DNA of 64,000 nucleotides from Longimicrobiales bacterium (GTDB lineage Bacteria > Gemmatimonadota > Gemmatimonadetes > Longimicrobiales > Gaopeijiaceae), in contig OZ220732.1 of the NCBI GenBank assembly GCA_965116905.1, positions 4,032,001 through 4,096,000 on the forward strand. The letters are read 5' to 3'. The notes under the pieces are model-generated. The model was not told where the DNA came from. It saw nothing but the letters and a program-made list of their open reading frames with translations, and searched no databases. The translations under genes were made by a program, and so were the position numbers. Of the stretch, positions 1 to 8,667 are shown piece after piece (position 1 is the first letter of the stretch; each line of letters opens with the position of its first letter).

Positions 1-337
1 TCGACGTGATGCACGCCGCGCCGTCGAGGAAGTTGTCGAAGACGCAGTCCCACCAGGAGTCGGCCAACGCTTCGTAGGCGGTGTGCACGCGCCCCTCGGA
101 GTCGTAGGCGCGGATCTGGTCGGCGCGCGCGGGAAAGAGGTGCGGGTGCTCGTGGAGCGAGATCATCAGCGTGCGCTCGACGAGGTCCAGGACGCGGGCC
201 TCCTGGGCGGGCGTGAGCGGCACGAGGTACGGCTCGAAGATCGACTCGCCCTCGATCAGGTCGTATTCGGTGAAATCGCGGTGGCTCCGGACGTACTCGT
301 AGGACTTGTAGCCCGAGTAGTTGTGGGTCAGTGGCAA
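1..337 (-). CDS. Membrane dipeptidase (peptidase M19-like), 5' part; runs off the window start
   Basis: Not in ORF track. Manual translation from TTG at 337 (GGAG RBS at 345-348): MPLTHNYSGYKSYEY...MISLHEHPHLFP...GRVHTAYEALADSWWDCVFDNFLDGAACITS, open to the window edge. The SLHEHP metal-binding motif resembles M19 dipeptidases. Confidence 0.6.
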   Translation of the reverse strand, partial: MPLTHNYSGYKSYEYVRSHRDFTEYDLIEGESIFEPYLVPLTPAQEARVLDLVERTLMISLHEHPHLFPARADQIRAYDSEGRVHTAYEALADSWWDCVFDNFLDGAACITS

Positions 338-517
338 GGGGGTGCTCCGGCTGGCGTGGAACCGGGTGTTGGCCGCTCGGCCAATCGACCCGCCCAATAG
401 ACGGCGCGGGGGCGCGGGCCACAACCGGGGGCGGGGCGGACCGTGCTGCAATCCTTCCGGGCGCTGACCCGAGTAGCTAATGTTACCCGGAGCGTAGCGA
501 GTCGAGAGGAGGTTAGC

Positions 518-670
518 GTGGAGACTCCGGTCACGGATGGCCTGATCGCCGGCATGGTGCAGGCGCTCGTGAGCGCGGCCGATCCCGAACAGGTCATTCT
601 TTTCGGATCTCGCGGGCGCGGAGACCAGCGCGAACGATCCGATGTGGACTTGATCGTCGAGGCCCGATGA
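518..670 (+). pseudogene. Truncated minimal nucleotidyltransferase (MNT antitoxin-like) fragment
   Basis: GAGGAGG RBS then GTG. The peptide contains ILFGSRGRGD...SDVDLIV (GSxxRG/DxD motif) but stops after ~50 aa; no HEPN partner follows. Confidence 0.65.
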
Positions 671-722
671 GCGACGCCGCGCCATGCGGTGGTCTGCGTC
701 CGCGTTACCCAGCCCACTCCCC

Positions 723-1622
723 ATGACCGAGTCCCTCTTCGCCTACAAGCCCATCCTGGCCGCCGCCGCCCTGGGCGCGATGTGGCTCATCGAGGGACTC
801 ATCCCCATGTTCGAGGGCCGCAGGGAGCGGGTTCGGCACGACGCCTCGAATGTCGCTCTGGGCATCTTCAATGCGGTCGTCGCTTCGTTGATCTTCGCCG
901 GCGCCACCCTGGTCGCGACCGAGTGGGCACGCGCCAACTCCTTCGGCCTCCTGCACTGGCTCGGGCTCGATGGCGCGTGGGCTTTCGCGCTCGGCTTCGT
1001 CCTCTTCGACATGTGGCAGTACTTCTGGCACCGCCTGAACCACCGGATTCCGTTCCTGTGGCGCTTCCACGCGGTGCATCACGCCGACCGCGAGCTCAGC
1101 GCCAGCTCGGGGCTGCGATTCCACACGGGCGAGATCGTGCTCTCCTCGGTAGCGCGGCTCGCAGTCCTGCCTCTGCTCGGCATGACGGTGGGCCAGGTGC
1201 TGCTGTACGAGGTCGTGCTCCTCCCGATCATCCTCTTCCACCACGGCAACGTAGGCGTGCCCGCGGGTGCGGACCGGTGGCTGCGCTGGCTGATCGTCAC
1301 CCCCTGGATGCACTGGGTGCACCACTCCGACTACCAGCCCGAGACCGACTCCAACTACTCCAGCGTCTTCTCCTTCTGGGACCGGATCTTCGGCAGCTTC
1401 CGCCTGGTCGCGGACCCGCGCGCGCTGACGCTGGGGCTGGAGGACGTCGAGCGGCGGGACTGGGCCACGCTGCCGGGCATGGCGGCGATGCCGTTCAGGA
1501 GGCGGCGGGGACGGCGGCGGGGACAGCGGCGGGGACGGCGGCGGGCCGGGCGGGACGCCGATCGCAGCGCCGTTGACCATCCGGAGGTCCGACCGGACCG
1601 CGCACACCGGCCCGGGCGCTGA
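723..1622 (+). CDS. Sterol desaturase / fatty acid hydroxylase family membrane protein
   Basis: His boxes HRLNH, HAVHH, FHHGN and HWVHH; NYSSVFSFWDRIFGS motif; several hydrophobic segments. Confidence 0.88.
   Translation: MTESLFAYKPILAAAALGAMWLIEGLIPMFEGRRERVRHDASNVALGIFNAVVASLIFAGATLVATEWARANSFGLLHWLGLDGAWAFALGFVLFDMWQYFWHRLNHRIPFLWRFHAVHHADRELSASSGLRFHTGEIVLSSVARLAVLPLLGMTVGQVLLYEVVLLPIILFHHGNVGVPAGADRWLRWLIVTPWMHWVHHSDYQPETDSNYSSVFSFWDRIFGSFRLVADPRALTLGLEDVERRDWATLPGMAAMPFRRRRGRRRGQRRGRRRAGRDADRSAVDHPEVRPDRAHRPGR
1501..1547 (+). repeat. 12-bp tandem repeat (GGCGGCGGGGAC, ~4 copies) encoding an Arg-rich tail
   Basis: Visible directly; encodes RRRRGRRRGQRRGRRR. Confidence 0.8.
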
Positions 1623-1623
1623 C

Positions 1624-2583
1624 ATGTCCGAACGCGCTCATCTCCCGCGTGCAGTCCGCGTCTTCGCCCCCGCGTCGGTGTCCAACCTCGGGTGCGGCTT
1701 CGACATCTTCGGCATGGCGCTGGAGCGTCCCGGTGACGAGGTCGTGGTGCGCGCCGCGAAGGGCAGCGGCATCGTCTCGGTGTCGGTGACCGGTGACGGC
1801 GGACGCGTCCCGACGGATCCCGTGCGCAACGCCGCCGCGCTTGCCGTCGACGGCGTGCTCGACCGGCTGGGGTCCACGGCGGGCGTCGCGATCGAGGTCC
1901 GCAAGGGGATCCCCATGGCGTCGGGACTGGGTGGGAGCGCGGCCAGCGCGGTGGCGGGCGCGGTGGCGGCCGACGCGCTTCTGGGCGGCGAACTCGACCG
2001 GACCGCGTTGCTCGAGTGCGCCATGATCGGCGAGCGCAAGGGCTCGGGCGCCGACCACGCGGACAACGCGGCGCCCTCGCTGATCGGGGGGTTCGTGCTC
2101 GTGCTGCCTGGCCGTCCCCCGAAGATGGTACAGCTGCCGACCCCGGACGATCTCACGGTGGCCGTGGCGCACCCGGCCATGGAGGTGGAGACGCGCCGCG
2201 CGAGGATGATCCTGGGCGACACGATTCCGCTGTCCGCGGGCGTGCAGCAATGGGGGAACGCGGCGGGAATGGTGGCCGGGCTGTTCAGCGGCGACTGGGA
2301 ACTGGTAGCACGGTGCATGCGCGATGCGGTGGCCGAGCCGGTGCGCGCGCAACTCGTCCCCGGGTTTGAAGCCGTGAAGGCGAGCGCCATCGAGGCAGGC
2401 GCAGTCGCGGCCGGGCTCTCGGGCTCCGGCCCGTCGGTCCTGGCGCTTTGCCGGGGACGGACAGCGGCAGAGAGGGCCGCGGCGGCAATGGCGGACGCCT
2501 TCCGCGAGGCGGCGAGTGTCTCGTCGGACCTCGTGGTTTCGAGCGCGAACGCCGAGGGGGCGCGGATCCTGGAGTCAGCGTGA
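1624..2583 (+). CDS. thrB: Homoserine kinase
   Basis: APASVSNLGCGFD, PMASGLGGSAAS (GHMP ATP loop), HADNAAP and SGSGPS motifs. Confidence 0.95.
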   Translation: MSERAHLPRAVRVFAPASVSNLGCGFDIFGMALERPGDEVVVRAAKGSGIVSVSVTGDGGRVPTDPVRNAAALAVDGVLDRLGSTAGVAIEVRKGIPMASGLGGSAASAVAGAVAADALLGGELDRTALLECAMIGERKGSGADHADNAAPSLIGGFVLVLPGRPPKMVQLPTPDDLTVAVAHPAMEVETRRARMILGDTIPLSAGVQQWGNAAGMVAGLFSGDWELVARCMRDAVAEPVRAQLVPGFEAVKASAIEAGAVAAGLSGSGPSVLALCRGRTAAERAAAAMADAFREAASVSSDLVVSSANAEGARILESA

Positions 2584-2636
2584 CCCCCCCTTGTGGTCAG
2601 GTGCGCACGCCCCGTTGATCAGCGGGCGGACTCCCG

Positions 2637-4325
2637 CTAACGCTTCAACTCCAGCGACACCGCGACCACCGGCTTCTCCTCCGAGAGGATCAGATCCTCC
2701 GACACACGCGACATCCCGGACCCGGCGGTGACCGTGACCGCCCGGTAGTCGGCCGGCACGCCACACAGCTGGAATTCGCCGGCCGGGCCGGTTTCCGTCT
2801 GCTCCGAGCGGTACCGGACCCGCAGACGCGGAGGGACATCGAGCCCCGCCGTCCACTGCGCCACGACGGGTATCCCGGGAGCGACCCGCGAATCCGCATC
2901 GGCCACGCGCCCGAGAATCACCCCGCTGTCGGGATCCCACGTCTCCAGGTCCGCTCCACACGCCGTCGCCATGACCTCGCGAGGATCCGGGGCCCGTAGG
3001 CGGACCGCCGTCGTGTCACCGCCCGTGACTCGCACGTGCGTCAGCGCGTAGTCCCGATCCAGACCCATCAATGCGGGGCGCAGATAGGCCAACTGGTATG
3101 AGCCCTCCGGCAGTCCGCGAATCGTGAAACGTCCACGTGTGTCCACGCCTGCCTCCACACCCGTGCCCACCACTGCGACCCGCCCCTCCGGCCGGTCGAT
3201 CTCCCCGGAGACCACGCCCTCCGCCGGTGTGTAGGCCACACGGCGCGTCCGAGCGCCGAACGCCTCCACGACCCGTCCCCCCTCTTCGGCTATCCCGATC
3301 AGTCTCGTCCTCTGCATTCCGAAGACGCCGTCGCGTTCCAGGACCATCAGCGGCATGCGAATGTGCCAGTTCGACACGATCCAGCTTCCGTCCGGCAGTC
3401 CGCGGAAGTCGACGCGGCCGCCGATCTCGTCGCTCCCGTGCTCGTCCAGCAGCCCAGGGAGATCGAGATACCTGAAGTCGAGCCATTCGATCCCGCCCGT
3501 TTCACGGGACAGCCACAGGACCCCCTCGATGTCCGGTCCGCCCGATCCGTCGCGAACGGGGCGGAACTCCAGGCCCAGCAAATCGGGACGCGATGCGTCG
3601 GCGGCGCGCAGCTGCAGGCAGTGCGTGGCGAGGAAGTCGTCGGACAGCAGTACGTCGGCGTCGGGCGCGAAGTAGCGGTTGCCCGCAGGTTCCTCCAGGA
3701 CCCATCCACCGTCCACGAGCAGCTCCACCGGCCGGCTCTCGAAGGGCTGCCGGGTCGTGGTCCGCTTGTGCGCGCGGGTCTCGTTGCGGACCCGGAGCGA
3801 ACCGGGGTCCAGCTCCCGCATGTGTTTTTCCAGATCGTAGACGTACAGGCCCTCCGAGTCCGTGAAGCTCGCCGCGTTCAGCACCTTGCGGGCCTCCTCC
3901 CACGCGCGGTGCGTCGCCGCGCCGAGGTCGGAGCTCAACTCGCAGCGCCGATCCCCTGTCGCACGAATGCCCTCGATTGCAATCGCCCGGTGCGCCACGG
4001 GAATCCTGACCGCCACGGTCTCCTCGGGTCCGACGTCGAGGCCGGCCAGCGTCCGCGTCGCCAGCCCGAGCCGCTCCGCGCGCAACGAGTAGCGCCCGGG
4101 TCGGGGAACAACGAATCGGAAATACCCGTCCGAATCCACCAGGAACCGCTGGAGCCTCCGGTTGTCGGCATCCGAGAGCGAAACCAGCACCGCTGTGACC
4201 GGCGCCTGTGTGGCGGAATCCACCACGACGCCTTCGAGCACCTGCGCGCGGGCGGGCGCAGCAGTTGCCGAGACCGTTGCGGCCGCAGCAAGGACAGCAG
4301 GAATCCACGGAATCCTCGGGGTCAT
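2637..4325 (-). CDS. Secreted protein with carboxypeptidase-regulatory-like (beta-sandwich) domains
   Basis: Signal peptide ending ARA-Q; repeated GVVVDSATQAP...DSDGYFRF...PGRYSLRAERLG and GRFTIRGLPEGSY units; C-terminal GEFQLCGVP. Confidence 0.7.
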   Translation of the reverse strand: MTPRIPWIPAVLAAAATVSATAAPARAQVLEGVVVDSATQAPVTAVLVSLSDADNRRLQRFLVDSDGYFRFVVPRPGRYSLRAERLGLATRTLAGLDVGPEETVAVRIPVAHRAIAIEGIRATGDRRCELSSDLGAATHRAWEEARKVLNAASFTDSEGLYVYDLEKHMRELDPGSLRVRNETRAHKRTTTRQPFESRPVELLVDGGWVLEEPAGNRYFAPDADVLLSDDFLATHCLQLRAADASRPDLLGLEFRPVRDGSGGPDIEGVLWLSRETGGIEWLDFRYLDLPGLLDEHGSDEIGGRVDFRGLPDGSWIVSNWHIRMPLMVLERDGVFGMQRTRLIGIAEEGGRVVEAFGARTRRVAYTPAEGVVSGEIDRPEGRVAVVGTGVEAGVDTRGRFTIRGLPEGSYQLAYLRPALMGLDRDYALTHVRVTGGDTTAVRLRAPDPREVMATACGADLETWDPDSGVILGRVADADSRVAPGIPVVAQWTAGLDVPPRLRVRYRSEQTETGPAGEFQLCGVPADYRAVTVTAGSGMSRVSEDLILSEEKPVVAVSLELKR

Positions 4326-4414
4326 TGGGGGGTCTCCTTTGGTTGACGGCCCTCCGTATGTTTCACCCTACCGTGCCCCATGTTCCCCGACGCGCCCGCA
4401 AGCCCTGCCATGCC

Positions 4415-5746
4415 ATGCACCTGATCAGCACCCGCGGCGGCCCCGCCGGCCACACCTGGACCTTCCAGGAAGCCCTCTTCCTCGGCCAGGCCCCGGACGG
4501 CGGACTCTTCGTCCCGGCCTCCGTCCCGCGTCTGCCGGACGACGACCGCGCGGCCCTGGCCGACCTCTCGTTCCCCGAGCGGGCCTTCGTGGTCGCCCGC
4601 CACCTGCTGGGCCGCGAGATCCCGGACGACACCCTCCGCGAGGCCGTGCACGCCGCGCTCGACTTCCCCGTCCGCCTGCGCGAAATCGAGCCCGGCATCC
4701 ACATGCTCGAGCTCTTCCACGGCCCCACGCACGCCTTCAAGGACATCGGTGCGCGCTTCATGGCCCACATGATGTCGGCGCTTCGCCACACGGACGCGCC
4801 CCCACTCACCATCCTCGCTGCGACCTCCGGCGACACCGGCGGCGCCGTGGCGCACGCGTTCCACGACCTCCCCGGCATCCGCGTCGTGATCCTCTACCCG
4901 CTCGGCAAGGTCAGCCCCCGGCAGGAAGCCCAGTTCACCACGCTTGGCGGCAACATCACTGCTGTCGCGGTCCGGGGCGCCTTCGACGACTGCCAACGCC
5001 TCGCCCGCCAGGCCTTCGCGCACCCCGAACTCCGCGCCCGCGCCCGCCTCACCTCCGCCAACTCGATCAACATCGGCCGCCTCCTGCCCCAGACCTTCTA
5101 CTACGTGCACGCGTGGGCGGAGCTCGCGCGGTCGGAACCGGCGGGGTCGGCCCCGGCGCGGTCGGCCCCGGACTCGGAACTGGTTTTTTCGGTGCCTTCG
5201 GGGAACTTCGGCAATCTCACGGCGGGGCTGATTGCGCGTCGCGCGCTCGGAATGTCCCTCGCGCGCTTCGTCGCCGCGACGAACGAGAACTCCGTTGTGC
5301 CCGACTACCTTGCCGGAGGCGGCTTCCACCCCCGTCCCTCCCTCGCCACAATCTCCAGCGCCATGGACGTGGGCGATCCCAGCAACTTCCGGCGGATCCT
5401 GCACATGTTCGGCGAAGCCCCTCCGCTCACCGGCTCCTCCTGGACGGACCGTGAGACCCGCGACTGTATCCGCAACCTGTGGCGGCGGCGCGGCATCGCG
5501 ATCGATCCGCACACGGCGGTGGGGCTGCTCGGCCTGCGGCATGAACTGGGCCGGTGGCCGCGTGCACGCGGTGTGGTCCTCTCGACCGCGCATCCGGCCA
5601 AGTTCGCGGAAACCGTCGAGCCGTTGATCGGGCAGCCCATCCCGGTTCCGCCAGGGATCGCCCACGTACTGGACAGACCGCGCCGCTTCGTTGAGATCGC
5701 GCCGGAGCTCGGCGCGCTGGGCCGAGTGCTGGCTGCCGATCGTTGA
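4415..5746 (+). CDS. thrC: Threonine synthase
   Basis: APDGGLFVP, ELFHGPTHAFKD (PLP Lys), ATSGDTG, NSINIGRL, VPSGNFGN, DPHTAV and TAHPAKF motifs. Confidence 0.95.
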   Translation: MHLISTRGGPAGHTWTFQEALFLGQAPDGGLFVPASVPRLPDDDRAALADLSFPERAFVVARHLLGREIPDDTLREAVHAALDFPVRLREIEPGIHMLELFHGPTHAFKDIGARFMAHMMSALRHTDAPPLTILAATSGDTGGAVAHAFHDLPGIRVVILYPLGKVSPRQEAQFTTLGGNITAVAVRGAFDDCQRLARQAFAHPELRARARLTSANSINIGRLLPQTFYYVHAWAELARSEPAGSAPARSAPDSELVFSVPSGNFGNLTAGLIARRALGMSLARFVAATNENSVVPDYLAGGGFHPRPSLATISSAMDVGDPSNFRRILHMFGEAPPLTGSSWTDRETRDCIRNLWRRRGIAIDPHTAVGLLGLRHELGRWPRARGVVLSTAHPAKFAETVEPLIGQPIPVPPGIAHVLDRPRRFVEIAPELGALGRVLAADR

Positions 5747-5814
5747 CGGCGCGCGTCCCGGCATCTGGCCGCGTCCGGACATGAGCTGTGTCCCACCATC
5801 TGCAGTGCGACGGT

Positions 5815-5844
5815 TAGTATAGTTTACGCCACAAACTGCACCAA
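5815..5844. promoter_or_regulatory. AT-rich imperfect palindrome, copy 1 (TAGTATAGTTTA-N5-CAAACTGCACCA)
   Basis: 24/30 identical to the reverse complement of 51487-51516; intergenic. Confidence 0.5.
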
Positions 5845-5983
5845 CAGCACGACGGGGGCTGCAGGGGCACATCGAGTGCCCGGTGGAGCCTGACCGTTGT
5901 TCTTGCGGCCCGCGACCACGCAGTCCCACGTTGCGGCACACGCCCAGAAGCGACGCGGCCACCACGCCGAGCTGGAGCCAGCC

Positions 5984-8164
5984 ATGCCGTACCGATTCTT
6001 TCGCATCGCCCCCCGTCTCCGCGCGGCCCGCGACCGCGCGGTTCGCGACGGCGGGGGCGCCGCCCAAGCCGTTCTCGTTGCCGTCCTCACCGTCCTGGCC
6101 GGGGCAGCCTGCTCCCCCTACCCGTCCCCACCGGACACCGCCCGCGACCCGGTCGTGGACACGCTCCATGGCGTCGCCATCACCGACGACTATCGCTGGC
6201 TGGAGGACCAGGACAGCCCGGAAACACGAGCCTGGATCGCCGAGCAGAACGCCTACGCCGAGCAGATCGTGGGCGATACGCCGCTGCGGCGCGGACTGGA
6301 GACCCGTTTGCGGGAGCTGATGAACGCCCCCGGGGCGCTCTTCCCCCGCCGGGCCGGCAACTACGAGTACTTCGCCTTCCGCGCGCCGGACCGCGAGGTG
6401 GGCGCGATCTATCGCCGTCCGGCGCCTGAAGAGCCCCAGCGCGATCCCGTAGAGCCGGGCGACGACTTCGAGCTCGTCCTGGATCCGCTCGACATTCATC
6501 CCGACGGCACCACGAGCGTCAGCATCCGCGACTTCTCGCCGGACGGCAACCTCATGATGTACGCGATCCGGGACGGCGGACAGGACGAGGTCATGATCCG
6601 TATCCGCGACGTCGCGACCGGCGAGGATCTGCCCGACCGGCTGCCCAACTTCCTGTACGGGTCCACCTTCTTCGACCCCGACGGCACAGGCTTCTACTAC
6701 ACGTGGCGGTCGCGCGAAGTCGGCCCCCGGGTCCGCCATCACACCCTCGGCACCGATATCGCCGACGACGCCGAACTGTTCGGCGAGGGACACGGACCCG
6801 AAACGTTCATCAACGCCGTGCAGGGCGGCGACGGCCGCTACATGATCTACACGGTGCAGCACGGGTGGGCCCGGAGCGACGTCTACCTGCACGACCTGGA
6901 GGCCGGGACGGAACCGCGGCCGATCAGCGCGGGCGCGCCCGCGCGCTTCCGCGCCCGCTTCATGGACGACGAGATCTTCCTGCTTACGAACCTGGACGCG
7001 CCGAGGAACCGGGTCGTGGCGGTGAATCTGCGCGATCCGGACCCCGATCCCGCCAACTGGCGCGACGTGATCGCCGAGGCCGACGACCTGCTGACCGGCT
7101 ATCAGATCATCGACGGCGCGATCTACGCGGACTATCTACACAACGTGAGCAGCAGGATCGTGCGCTACGGCATGGACGGGACGCGGACGGGGGAAATCCC
7201 TCTTCCCGAACACCACGTGGCGACGCTGCGCCCGTGGGGTGAAGGCGCGGGGCTGCTCACTCTTCAATCCCTCGTCACACCCACCCATATCGTCCGGCTC
7301 GATCTGGAGACGCACGAGACCGCGCCGTGGCTGCCGTCGGCGGTGCCCTTCGACGGCGAGAACTACGAGGTCAGCCAGGTCTGGTACATGTCGGCGGACG
7401 GGACCGAGGCACCGATGTACGTGGCGCATCGGCGGGGGTACGAGCCCGACGGCGACACTCCGACGCTGCTGTACGGGTACGGCGGCTTCAACAGCAACAA
7501 CATGCCGCGCTTCAACAACGGCGCGGCGGCGTGGATGGAACGGGGCGGCGTCTATGCGCTGGCGACGCTCCGGGGCGGCGGCGAGTTCGGCGAGGAGTGG
7601 CACCGGGCGGGGATGCTCGAGAACAAGCCGAACGTGTTCGACGACTTCATCGCGGCAGCCGAGTGGCTCATCGCGAACGGCTACACGAATCCGGACCGGC
7701 TGGCGATCCGCGGTGTCAGCAACGGCGGGCTGCTCGTAGGCTCGGCGCTGACGAAGCGGCCCGACCTCTATCGGGCGGTCTTTTGCGGCCTGCCCGACCT
7801 GGACATGGTGCGGTTCTACCAGTTCACCGACAGCAACAACATGCCCGCGCTGCTGGAGTACGGGAACGCGGCCGTCAAGGAGGAGTTCGAGGTGCTGCGG
7901 ACGTTTTCGCCGTACCAGAACGTGAGCGATGGGGTGGCGTATCCGGCGGTCCTGCTGACCCAGGGCGACCTGGACACGCGCGTGCCCCCGCTCCAGGCGC
8001 GGAAGATGGCGGCGCGGCTGCAGGCGGCGACCAGTTCGGGGCTGCCGGTGATCCTGGACTACGATCCGCGGGCCGGGCACGCGGGCGGGCGGACGTTCAG
8101 CCGCGGCGTGCGGAACTCGGCAATGGAACTGGCGTTTCTGCTGGGGCAGCTGGGAGTGGAGTGA
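5984..8164 (+). CDS. Prolyl oligopeptidase (S9A), probable lipoprotein
   Basis: DDYRWLED N-terminal motif; YGYGGF; catalytic GVSNGG, GDLDTRV and AGHAGG; LAGAAC lipobox; GGAG RBS before ATG 5984. Confidence 0.93.
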   Translation: MPYRFFRIAPRLRAARDRAVRDGGGAAQAVLVAVLTVLAGAACSPYPSPPDTARDPVVDTLHGVAITDDYRWLEDQDSPETRAWIAEQNAYAEQIVGDTPLRRGLETRLRELMNAPGALFPRRAGNYEYFAFRAPDREVGAIYRRPAPEEPQRDPVEPGDDFELVLDPLDIHPDGTTSVSIRDFSPDGNLMMYAIRDGGQDEVMIRIRDVATGEDLPDRLPNFLYGSTFFDPDGTGFYYTWRSREVGPRVRHHTLGTDIADDAELFGEGHGPETFINAVQGGDGRYMIYTVQHGWARSDVYLHDLEAGTEPRPISAGAPARFRARFMDDEIFLLTNLDAPRNRVVAVNLRDPDPDPANWRDVIAEADDLLTGYQIIDGAIYADYLHNVSSRIVRYGMDGTRTGEIPLPEHHVATLRPWGEGAGLLTLQSLVTPTHIVRLDLETHETAPWLPSAVPFDGENYEVSQVWYMSADGTEAPMYVAHRRGYEPDGDTPTLLYGYGGFNSNNMPRFNNGAAAWMERGGVYALATLRGGGEFGEEWHRAGMLENKPNVFDDFIAAAEWLIANGYTNPDRLAIRGVSNGGLLVGSALTKRPDLYRAVFCGLPDLDMVRFYQFTDSNNMPALLEYGNAAVKEEFEVLRTFSPYQNVSDGVAYPAVLLTQGDLDTRVPPLQARKMAARLQAATSSGLPVILDYDPRAGHAGGRTFSRGVRNSAMELAFLLGQLGVE

Positions 8165-8195
8165 ATGCCGACGCGACACGCCCGGAACATATGTG

Positions 8196-8224
8196 TTGCC
8201 TACCAGCAAGCGGACGTGTATGAT
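8196..8224 (+). promoter_or_regulatory. Putative sigma70 promoter of the precursor gene
   Basis: TTGCCT (8196-8201), 17-nt spacer, TATGAT (8219-8224); strong AAGGGAGG RBS downstream. Confidence 0.6.
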
Positions 8225-8274
8225 TGTCTGAGAGTGTTGTCCTGTGTCGAAGTTCAGAACTAAGGGAGGAAGCT

Positions 8275-8526
8275 ATGAGAAGCGGCGACGAAATGTTGCA
8301 GCAAATCGTGGAGAAGTCCGCGCTGGACACGGAGTTTCGGCAACGGCTTCTTACAGATCCAAAGACCGCGATCAGTGGCGAGCTGGGCATTACGATCCCC
8401 GATTCGATGAACATCAGGGTCCATGAGAGCGACATGCAGACGGTGCATCTTGCGCTGCCGCCGGATCCGAACATCACCGAGGAGCAGCTCGAAGCCATCT
8501 CGGCCGGCCTCTGCTGCTGCTGGTAG
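8275..8526 (+). CDS. srpE: NHLP-leader (proteusin) RiPP precursor, core LCCCW
   Basis: 83 aa. NHase-like leader (IVEKSALDTEFRQRLLTDPK...IRVHE...HLALPP), then ITEEQLEAISAG double-Gly-type cleavage motif, then core LCCCW. Symbol assigned by recollection of the sponge-microbiome srp cluster. Confidence 0.93.
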   Translation: MRSGDEMLQQIVEKSALDTEFRQRLLTDPKTAISGELGITIPDSMNIRVHESDMQTVHLALPPDPNITEEQLEAISAGLCCCW

Positions 8527-8533
8527 AGCCCCG

Positions 8534-8554
8534 TAGTCGGCGAGTAGTCGACTA
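8534..8554 (+). terminator. Stem-loop after the precursor (mRNA stabiliser or attenuator)
   Basis: TAGTCGGC-GAGTA-GTCGACTA (one G-U pair); a second stem CGGCGG..CCGCCG at 8581-8600; no clear U-tract. Confidence 0.4.
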
Positions 8555-8667
8555 ACAACGCATTCGAGATCGCTCCCATCCGGCGGACATGTTGCCGCCG
8601 TGCTGGTGGATCGTACAATCAATCCGTCTTCTCACTCTGGACCCTGCGGCGCGGGAGGTAGCGACGC

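Noticed and set aside
5815..5844. dif (XerCD) site
   Set aside because: The arms do not match the XerD consensus TTATGTTAAAT and the spacer is 5 bp rather than 6; kept only as an unexplained palindrome.
5984..8164. Prolyl oligopeptidase as the RiPP leader protease or macrocyclase
   Set aside because: The core has no Pro, an intact C39 transporter matches the AG cleavage site, the precursor has its own promoter, and the peptidase looks like a host-type lipoprotein. Adjacency is probably coincidental, though not excluded.
8275..8526. Nitrile hydratase alpha subunit
   Set aside because: It lacks the CxxCSC metal site and has no beta subunit; it is an NHLP leader.
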